Source: Eledone cirrhosa
Lineage: Eukaryota
Direction: 5' to 3'
Assembly: GCA_964016885.1 (NCBI GenBank)
Contig: OZ024753.1
Coordinates: forward strand, 2,666,001 to 2,730,000
DNA: 64,000 bases
Shown here: piece after piece, positions 53,448 to 64,000 of the stretch
Layout: every line of letters begins with the position of its first letter
Position numbering within the stretch: position 1 is the stretch's first letter
The notes under the pieces: model-generated
Seen by the model: only the letters and a program-made list of their open reading frames with translations
Told to the model about the DNA's origin: nothing
Database searches by the model: none
Position numbers and translations under genes: made by a program

Positions 53448-56400
53448 TTTATATCATTTCTGAGTGCAGTATCAGTCCTTTCTTTCCACAAACACTGTGC
53501 ATTCTGTTCTCATACCCACTTTCTCTCCTAGCTCCATTTCTCATTATAATTCCCCTTGATTTTTGAAATTTATATACGAAGCTAACTACCTATATTATAT
53601 TTTATAACATCACTATTTAAAAGCAATGATAATATCAATTTCTAAAACACAAAAAGATCAACTATAGAAAGTAAGAGAAGAAAAAAATAAGACACACATA
53701 TGCATGTATGCTTGACTGCTGTCAGTTGCAATGATGAGAGTTCCAGTTGATGAGAGTTCATACCATTACTTTTTAAGTGACTGAGCATTCCAAAGGCATA
53801 TATCCTTAATGTATTTCTCAGAGACATTCAGTTTGACACTGTGTGACATGTCATTTTTGCTAGCTGAGTGTACTGGAAAAACGTGAAATAAAGTATTTTG
53901 CTCAAGGATTGGCAGTATCAGTGTTGGACAACATGCTTTGCTGCATAGAGTTACTCCCCTTTACATAAAGTACCAGTAATGCACTGGAATTATTTTAATT
54001 GAACTCCCCTCCCACCAAATTATTGGCTTTGTGCTTTAATCAGAAACCATTATTGGGAATCAAACACATGACAGGGTCCACTATATCACAGGACCAAATG
54101 GAATGAAAAGTAGAACAAGGCCAATACCTCAAAGACTCACAACAATGTTATTTTGTTTATCTTTTACTTATGTTTTTATGGTATGTCATAGTTGAAATAT
54201 GATGTTTAGTTATACTTGAAACAAATTTAAGAAAAATGTAGCAAAGTAAAATAGCTTAGGTTCTGTTTTGACAAGAAGCCTCTAAATCTAATATGCAGGA
54301 ATATAATATGAGGTATGCCATCATTGTCATTTAATGTTCATCTTCCCAGATAGCAAGGTTTGGATAGGACATCACAGAGTCAATACTGAAGCTGAGATAC
54401 AGTTAGATGCTCCCAATAACTTTACAGTGTGTGCTGGGTGAATTTATTGTGTAGATAACCAACACTAGGAAAGTTGTCATATCTTTGACCCAAAATTGGG
54501 CAAGGCTGGTCTACTCTATCTCAATAGCTAAAACACAGTGGGCCATATAGCATCAGTGCGAAGTATTTAAGTTACTAGTGAAGTTAGGTTCTACAATAAA
54601 TCGTTCACGAAGAACTTCTTTTCTTTTTCATTCAATTAACAGAACCATCATCTGATAAAATTGCTTCTGTTAACAGATAATGTTTGAAGTGGAAAATTTA
54701 AAGTATTTTACAGAATTTAGAAGTGATGGAAAAATGAGATTAAACTCAGATTATGGTTAATTAGATCAATGGTAGAAATTCCTTGCCGTTTTTGTGGCAT
54801 CGTTTGTATGTAGTAGGTTTTGCAGTTTTCTTTTACTGGGCATATTTTAATGAACTTCAATGGAACATATATTTTTCTTTTTGTTTCTAACTGTCATATA
54901 TTATAAATATATATGTTTATAATTTTTAAAGAAAACATCTAAGTTTATGTATCACATGCAGAGAATAAGTTTAGTTTCACTGTTTCATCACCTTGTTTTA
55001 GATGTGTGCCATCTTTTGTCAATATAATACCAATACACCTGAAACTATGCTATGGTTCTATGAAACTAAACTTCCTATTTTACAGGATTCCTATTTAAGT
55101 TAAAATCTTTCAACAGAATTTTGTATAAGAAACAGATTTTAAGTTACAATCGTAGTAATGAAATAACTGATAATTTTAGTAATTCATCATTAATTGAAAT
55201 AAAGTGTATTTCATTAGAAATATGGTCATGAAAAGCATAAAGAGGAATAAAACTGCAGATGACACACTGACATTTGCTTGGCTCTATTCTGGTTAGGACT
55301 AAGATTGTGTTCACATTATTTGTATCATGACATTTCTCCTGGATCTTTAAATAAGGACTTCTTTTTTAGGCATAAGACCAGCAATTTGTTGGGTAGAGAA
55401 AGTCGACTGTATCAACTCCAGTACTTCACAGGTACTTTATTTTATCAACCTAGGAAAATGAGAAGCAGTCAAAATAGACTGTAGCAGGATTTGATTGAAC
55501 TCAGTACATAAAAAACTAGATCAAGCACTAGGAGGTAGTTCGTCTAATGCTTTGACTGTCTGCCAATCCTTGGATTTGTTTAACTATAAGGAGAGACTAC
55601 AGGAAGATGAGAAGCATTCAAAATTGACTGGAGCAGGATTTGAACTCAGTACATAAAAAGCCAGATCAAATACTAGGAGGTATTTTGTCTAAGGCTTAGA
55701 CTATTCTGCCAATCCAGCAGCCTTGGATTTGTTTAACTATAAGGAGAGACTACAGTTGCTCCTACATTTACTGTTGTACTTTTGCTTGATAATCATAGCA
55801 GAGAAGATATTTTATTTATTCTTTTTGCAGATTTGTTTGTATTTGTGTTAAAGTCTGAAACTTGCAGGGAGGAAAAAGATGAAAAAACAAACAAAACAAA
55901 ACAAACAAAAACGCAAAAATAATTAATCCTTTAGAAATACATTAATACCTGGTTATCTGATTATATGGTAAGAATGCAAAAAAAAATGTTGAGAAAGTTT
56001 TGATATTTGACATGTAAACCAATATGATCTCTATGGTCTGTTGGAGGGGAAGAGTAAATAATAAAACTGTTATTCTGCTATGTGATTCTTAAGATTTTCT
56101 GTACACATAAACTGAATAAAGTATTACATTATTTTTTTATCTTTTTATTGTTTTACATCCAATTTTTCATGCTAGGATGACTAACATAGATTTTCATTGG
56201 GGAATTGTTTTTGTTTATTTTTGTCCTTTTTTGCTGTTGTTTTTTTACAGGATGTGTGTCCTGCTGATAACCAATCAACTGTGAAGTAAAAGTAAAACTA
56301 TTTTGTCATTCAGATAAATTGAAACCAAGATGGCTATCTACCTCACTAAAATACACAAGACATGGCTGAAACGAGGATTGAATTAATAACTTTCCTGTCA

Positions 56401-58560
56401 GTATTCCATCACTTTAAACATTATGCCCTATTTTATCAAACAAAATACCGGCTCCTCTCCAGAACTTTTCTTACAAAGCCACTATAAATAATTTAGCTAA
56501 AAATCTCAGTGTGTATTGCAACATGTTAACTATTTTCTTACCATATTTCTAATGAAAGACATTGTCAATGACTTTCAGATACTGTTGAAAATAAAGAATT
56601 TGGAGGAATTTATAAATGTAACTAAATGTTTCATTATTTTGAACCTAAAGATAAAAATATATACTGAAACAAACAGTTTTGTACCAAAGAACTAGGAGCA
56701 GTTTCAGGCAGTTTGTTATCAGGTTAACCCTTTAACATTTGCATTACTCTACTCTATATATACTATTGTATTTTCATAGTATAGGCTTTATCTCACATAA
56801 TATCAAATCTATGAGATTTTGATATTATTTATGTTGAGAACAATACCTTAACATCAGCATGAGCAGCTGGTTACAGCCAGTATGAACAGAAAGAAGTGAG
56901 AGTATTCTGGTCAGATACAGCTGGCTTAAATGCTAAAGGGTTAAATCAACCCCATTACTTTACTGGTACTTTATTTTATTGTCCATGGAAGGATGAAAGT
57001 GAAAGCTGACCACAGTAGAATTTGAAATCAGAATGTAAAGACTTATAACAGAAACTGCAATGGCATTTCGTCCAATGCTCTACAAATTCTGTCAATCCAC
57101 CTTCCTACAAAACTTAATTCAATTGACTATACCCAACTTACACAAATTTATGGTCTGGTGCCACTATACGGAATCAATGTTAAATAAATCTTTACTATTC
57201 ATCAATTATTTTCTTTTATAGATTAGATTATAGACTGTATATTTAGAAGTGAATATTTATGGTTGGATTCACAATATTAGGAGTGGCAACAATTTTCAAA
57301 CTAGGAAGACATAGTAAGTAATATTTGATATGATTACTTCCTGTTAATAATGAACTAACGTAGACACCAAATATGATATTAAAGAAATAAATGCATTTTA
57401 TACTAAAAGATACTTTTCATGGAATCCAGATATAAAAGAGAACTTTAACCCTTTTGATACCAACCAAGCTAAAATCAGCTTTGGTTCTATGAAGCAAAAC
57501 ACCTACTTTGAAGAGTTCCTATGTGAATTAAAATCTTCCAACATAAATTTATATAAGAAGCATATGATAAGTTAGTATCTTAGTAATGAAATGATTAATA
57601 CTTTTAGTAAATCCTTCAAAATTCTACATTAATTAATTGAAATAGAAAGTATTTCTTTAGAAATGTGGTCATGAAAGTGCTAAAACTAACAGAATTCAAA
57701 ATTGTATTCAAAATGAAATTCTTTGAAAGTAACTGTAGTTTCTTATGAATTCACTTTCAAAGAGTCTGACATCATGAGGTTTCAAGCAATAAACATCAGG
57801 AACTTTTGTTCAGAATGCAATATATTTTCTAGAAAATCACATTAGGAAAGAGAACCACTGTAGATTTCTAAAAGGTCAGTAAGGAATTCATAGCAAGCAA
57901 TATTAATGCAGTTACTAAAGTAGCCATTACATTGCTAGTGTGTAGTTACAGCTTGACAACTTAGTATAAATGGACTCGGATACAACTGTACATATTGATG
58001 TGATTTATCAACTACTATATTCATTAACAATGTTTGGTAGTCCACAAAGGCTATGAAGAGCGGCATGATAAATTCAGTAGTTTTCTTAAGACTGGTGCTA
58101 ATTTTATCAATCTATTTGTTGAACTGCTAAGTTATGTGACATATAATATAAGCAGACAGTGATGTAAACACAAACAAACACATATGTATATATAATATCA
58201 TCATCATCAACATCTAATATCTATTTTTCATGCTTGTATGAGTTAGACACACATATATATATATATATATGTATATGGATGTATAGAGTCACTAATGACC
58301 ATGGAATTTGCACCTACAAAGTTTTCCTTCTGACGCACAAGTCTGGGCAAGGTATTTTTGTGGAAGACCAGCAGTCATTTATGCTTCCCAACCTCCCCTT
58401 TACATACCACCAATGGTGTCCAAGGGAAAAGCAAAGGCTGATACAGCTTGGAACCAGTGATGTTGCAACTCATTTCTACAGCTGAGTGAACTGGAGCAAT
58501 GTGAAATAAAGTGTCTTGCTCAAGAATTCAATGCATCACCTGGAACGGGAATGGAACTCA

Positions 58561-58936
58561 CTGATCCTCAGACCAGTGTTGACACAACAAAGATCACATC
58601 AAATCTGGGGACGAACCAGCAAAAGCACAAATCATTATAAACAAAAAAAAAATTAACGGATATAAATAAAGAAATATATCCACATATACATGATGACTAT
58701 ATAAACACACATGTGCATAAAATGCCTACACACACTCTCACACATCGAAATCGTACAAATACATACATATACACATCCACACACACTATAATGGTATTTT
58801 CTTGTAATGTTCGAGATGGGTGTGTGTTGAATTCTAGGCCCCTGTTTGGTCATTCTATATGCTTGTTTGTGTTTTTGCATGTTTGTCCACAGATTTGAGG
58901 TGATCTTTGTTGTGTTAACACTGATCTCTGGATCAG
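58561..58936. repeat. ~75-bp diverged inverted repeat pair (58561-58637 and 58858-58936)
   Basis: ctgatcc..cagtgttgacacaacaaagatcacatcaaatctg versus cagatttgaggtgatctttgttgtgttaacactg..ggatcag. Confidence 0.8.
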
Positions 58937-59060
58937 GCAGTCTTGGTGTCTGGTCTGGGGGTGCCATCGCAGATCATAAACCAGCTGCTTGGGAAAGATT
59001 TGTAACCAGGATTAAGCAATAAATCTCCAGTGTAACATCTCCACTTTGTTCTTATTATAT

Positions 59061-59280
59061 ATATATATATGGTGGCTGCCGACTCGTTTTCGAGTACGGC
59101 CACTACCTTATATCCATGTAGGAGAACCCCTACCAATGCGCTGAACGAGTGTGACTTTTTAGTCCAGCCAGCGACTTGAAAACTCTGGTACAAACACTAC
59201 ACTTGTGACAATTATTGACACATAGTGCTGGGGCCATGGTACCATGTGACGACAAGTGCAGAGAGATCAGAGATCTCCAG
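59061..59280 (-). mobile_element. 5'-truncated RTE/BovB-like LINE end with a C-terminal C2H2 finger, in (TA)n
   Basis: CSVCTRVFKSLAGLKSHTRSAHW*, then a short UTR with an actcg-aaaa-cgagt hairpin, then (TA)n. Confidence 0.65.
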
Positions 59281-59430
59281 TATATATATATATATACACC
59301 AACAAACATATATACATACAAATGTATACATACATCTACATATATGTGTGCATATGTATATATATATCTACATATATGTGTGCATATGTATATATATATC
59401 TACATATATGTGTGCATATGTATATATATG

Positions 59431-59466
<36 letters not shown>

Positions 59467-59540
59467 GGTTGTCTGATTATCTGTAAAGGCTATATTTATT
59501 AGAATGCTGTTGAAGTGTCTATACATTTTTTTGAACACCC

Positions 59541-59592
<52 letters not shown>

Positions 59593-61919
59593 TGTGTGTG
59601 TGCGTGGGTGGCTGTACATTGTAAAATAAAAATAAATCTACATCTGTTGCCTTGGAAGATACCAACTGCAAAAATTATTCGTTTAACCTACTTTGTTGTC
59701 TGATTAATGACCCATTCATTGTTATAGAGAGAGAAAAATGTCTGCAGCTGTTATGTGATAAACTGACAATATCATTCAAATATAGATTTTCGTGTTTGGC
59801 TATTATTATTATTTGTTGTCAAACATAAATTTGAATAAATATGCAAATAATAAATAACTATAAATCTTGCAATACTAAAATTTGAAAAACCAGCCTGCTG
59901 GCAACTTATTTCAATTAAAGCCAGTGAGCAGAAGGGATTTGGGATTTAGTTTCAGTCTTGTAAACATAAATGTGTTGAAATATAATAAATTATCGAGCAG
60001 AAAAAACAATTGAGAATGACATTTAAACATACATGTGTGTATACACACGTGTGTATAAACATGTGTATACACACATATGTTTATACACATTCACTAATGC
60101 ACACACACATATACATATGAGCTGAAATAAAAAAGAAATTGTAAAAAGCAAATAACAAACCTCTCCTGTAAATTGGTGTAGATATGGCTGTCTGGTTAAT
60201 TTACCTGTTTTTTAGCCATATGATTCTGGATTCACTCCCACTATATGTACAGAAACTGCAGAAGCCTATTTCATATGTATATACATATATATATATCTGT
60301 ATATGTATATATATATATTTGTATGAATATGTGTATCATTCACTGATATATATTGTCAAAAGATTTATACATCAGCAAGAAAAACTAATAAACCAGTGCC
60401 TTTGAACAAATATACCATGAGTAGTATTTGTTCCACCCAATTTGTACAAATGTCCCCTTCTTGTTGTCATCATCATAAATGCATTGAACTAGTAATTTGA
60501 CTTAATGGAAACCTGTAACTTATGTTAGCTATTGTTCACAAAATTCAATATATAAACAAATAAATAAAAAGGAAAATAATAATAATAAAATCAAGCAATA
60601 TATAAGTATTAAGAAAGGTAGATTTAGAGATAATGATGTGATAGAAATCAACCCAGGGAAGAAATATTCATTGACAGTTAAATTCTGAGAAATTTCAAGC
60701 CATGATATATATATATATATATATATATGAGGGGGGTTAGTACTTTGTTAGAGGAGCAGAGGACAAAGCAGGAGGGGTAGAGAGAAGTGTTGTTAGGTCA
60801 CTGAACAGAAAATATATTCGAAGGGATGTCAACACTCTTCTTTTAACTATCTACCCTGCTTTCAATCAATATCGTATGTGTTCGAATGATTTTATAGAAA
60901 AAATACTTTGATCCTTTTAACCTCTTCTTAACTCCTATTTTAAAAAAAATGACAAATGATGCCATGTGTATGTATGTATGTTTAGTCTGGAATTGAACCC
61001 ATACCGCATTTTCTATATATAATTTCTTCCATATCCTACTAATGTAACAGACATGTAGTACAGATACTAGTCAATTTCATACAGGTATTCAACACACTTA
61101 TTGGCTACGTCAGAGACAAGTAGTACACATATAAGTCAATTTAATTAATATATAATCTATTTTCTACAGTGACAACAATATTGCACTGAGCCTGGAGTAA
61201 GCTGTACTGATTAAGTTTTTACCTAGTGAAGAGTAAAAGCAGAAATGCATATATCAGTAAGTCAACATCTAGTAAGTAAATCTATCATCAAGTCCAGCTT
61301 AATATGGCTGTCACTGTAGGTAGAAAATAAATTTACACATCATTTAAATTAACATTTGCACAACTTGAATGTGGCATAGCAGATACAGGTGTTGAAAGAT
61401 TGCATAATATAAAATCTAAATTTATGCTCGGTCATAGGTAGACATACACAACACCTCTTACTACTATATGGACATATGTACCTCATAGCACCTTAGGTAT
61501 ATGTCAAGAAATAGAATTCCTAATGATGGTTGAAGTATATACCAGTTGAAATGTAATTTATCTAGATATATTAGATAAGAACATGGGCTAATATACTTGA
61601 AATATAATGAAAAGAAAAATCATTAGTGTTAATCACTGTGATGACGTTTCTTACATTGTTAGACATCTCTGTTAAGACTGTGAATGTATGTGTCATTGTA
61701 ACAGACAATATAACACTGTAGACTAAGACACTATATTAAAACACTACAAAACTAAAGCGTATTCAACTTTTTATATAACACACACAAATATCAACATATC
61801 TATACAGAAACACAATCACACCAAAATCATTAATTATATATAGTATGTATATACATCAATACAAACTCGCAGAATTCCATAGTTATTCCGTAAACTATAA
61901 GAATGTTGGAAGTTTTTAG

Positions 61920-63900
61920 AGAATCATATATTCTTTTGAAATTGTATTTCTTTGAAGCATTTCATTCTTGAGATGGTGTTGAGTCCACATAGGCAGAACT
62001 ATGCTATATTCTTACTTATATATTTGTCACCTCTTCTAACTTAAGTGTTGTTATCTATTATATTTATCTTTAAGTCAAGAAGCGAACATACTCGAGAAAG
62101 AGCTACATGTAATTGGCTGTGAGAAAATACTCATTCAAGAAGAAATAATGCAACTTTCTCAAATGAGAATGAATAATTGTTGTTCAAAACTCTAAATGTA
62201 TTACAAAACTGACTGATCTCTCTCTAACATGAGAGGCAATTTGGCATCACATGAGCAGAATGTGGTCCATGGAATTAAAACCTTTGATCCTGATTTTGCA
62301 TTATTAATCAACTCTTTTCAGCAGGAATTGTGTAGGTTAGTAATCTTCATTCTTGTTCCATTGTATAATTCTTGGAAGCCTAACTATTGCATCATGCTTT
62401 AAATTCAATTTATGAGGTGACATTCCAGATGGAGTCAGCAGGATCAAAAATTCAGAAGAATGGTTAGTTCTCTCTTCATCACTTCCTCATTTAATTAGAT
62501 TAACACTTAGATATGGAACTATTTCTCTCAGAAATGATTCCAGAACTTGCTCATTAAATATTTACTAGTTGCTGTTTCTTATAGCCAATATTATTTGTGA
62601 CACACAATATTGTAGTGTTGCATTGTAGAATAGCTTATTTATGAGAGAATATTTGAGTAAAGTCTTATTTAGAATCTTGATGACTTCAGATTCAGAAGTG
62701 ATGCCTTCTGTAATAAGTCTTCTATCCTCAAGCTCAAACAAAAATGTGACAAATTCTCATTAGTCTTCTCTTGCATGTATATTTTGAATAAGTTTATATG
62801 TTTTACTAAATGTCAAATAACAGGTTTCTTTTTTAGACACAAGATTTAGTTATTGCAGCTTTAGTATTTCAACATGAAGATAATTGACAAAATTTACCAA
62901 ATAAAATCAGTTTTACAAAATTAAATCAGCTTGCAAATTTTGTGTTAACACTAGTGTAATCTCTTAGGCATCTATAAATAGCACTGTGAGGATGCACTGA
63001 AATGATGGACACTTTATCAATAATTGTTTCTAATTTTGGCACAAGGCCAGCAATTACCCAGTGCATTACTGGTACTTTATTTTATTGAACCCGTAAGGAT
63101 GAAAGGCAAAGTTAACCTCGGCATGAAGAAAGATACCTAAACTGAAGTTGAGGATATGCTGCAAACATTTATATGTATCATAAGGACATGCAGCTTTAAT
63201 TTAATAAAAATATTGAATGTTTCTTTTTCTTTTTTTGCCTTACAAAAGTAGATTGGTCGTAATTTCAATCTAGACTGCTCAAGAAACTAAATAATGTACT
63301 TGCTCTTACATAGTTGCAAAGGAAATTAAAAGTGAACATTTTCCTTATGGCAACACTAAAACAATTTGGCTGTATGGTATTACAAGTGTTGGCTCACAAA
63401 GCAGTGCTTATAATTGCAGTCACTATTTCTCTATGTGTGTTGGTTAGCTAATTCATATTGAATATTACTTGTACTTGTATCTTAGATATATTTGCATTTC
63501 CAAATCGCTCAGGTAAACCCACTCTTGAACTAGTTTGCATTTTCAATGAGAATATTATTAATTACATACAAAGCACCATTTTCCAATCTCACATAATCTT
63601 CTTCTTGTGATCCTCTTCAACGATTCTGTTTGTGTTTATTTGTCTTCCATTGCTAAATATTGTTTCCTTTTGTTCTCTATTCATATTTTCTCTTGTTTCA
63701 ATCAGCTACAGGTAGCACTGCCTCTCGTCTTCATTCATGCTAGAATGCCTTTCTTCTCATATTTGTAAACTGAACTGGTGTCAAATTTTGAATCCTTCCT
63801 CTTTTATTAATATTTCTCTGGATTTTCTAATTCATTTCTCTCCCTGTTTCTTTTTACATTTCCATTGTCAATATGTTATTAAAATTATTTTAAACTTGTT
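61920..63900 (-). pseudogene. Decayed Helitron RepHel (PIF1-type helicase) coding region
   Basis: Ordered minus-strand motifs: ALYVINNILIEN..GLP (~63510-63580), YFIDA (~62970), LFGKFCQL (a GGDFRQ relic, ~62880), EFLILLTPSGMSPHKLNLKHDAIVRL (62376-62453), NGTRMKI (62342-62362) and VFSHSQLHVALSRV (62089-62130). Many stops and frameshifts. Boundaries approximate. Confidence 0.85.
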
Positions 63901-64000
63901 GAAAAAATAATGTATTATAGCAAATGCTTTAAGCAATCAGAAATATGGAATAGAACTGAAGATATAATCTATCTTTAATATTATTCTACAACAGTGAGGC

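Noticed and set aside
55470-55754. ~150-bp tandem duplication
   Set aside because: An ordinary local duplication of a decayed SINE and its flank.
59130-59280. Host C2H2 zinc-finger gene exon
   Set aside because: A single terminal finger followed by a short hairpin UTR and TA tail fits a LINE 3' end better.

Overview
This is an AT-rich eukaryotic window with no prokaryotic features. It is almost entirely non-coding and looks intronic or intergenic. The repeat families point to a coleoid cephalopod, most likely an Octopus genome; this is inferred from remembered repeat families and was not searched. No intact protein-coding gene, rRNA, true tRNA or CRISPR array is supported, and most ORF-track entries are microsatellite or minisatellite artefacts. 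Contents: more than 20 copies of a tRNA-derived SINE, CORE-like SINEs, RTE and Dong/R4 LINE relics, TTAA-flanked MITEs, a 2.4-kb decayed hAT element, a DD37D (maT-type) Tc1/mariner fragment between ~310-bp direct repeats, a decayed Helitron RepHel gene, and three minisatellites. The most notable signal is a set of short (~170-240 bp) non-coding elements inserted in (TA)n arrays. Three of them carry complete minimal type-I hammerhead ribozyme folds with a GUA cleavage triplet on the minus strand (16732-16780, 28889-28961, 29305-29364). Several also carry inverted duplications of the ribozyme 3' half, resembling Penelope-like pLTRs or retrozymes. All alignments and folds were done by eye.
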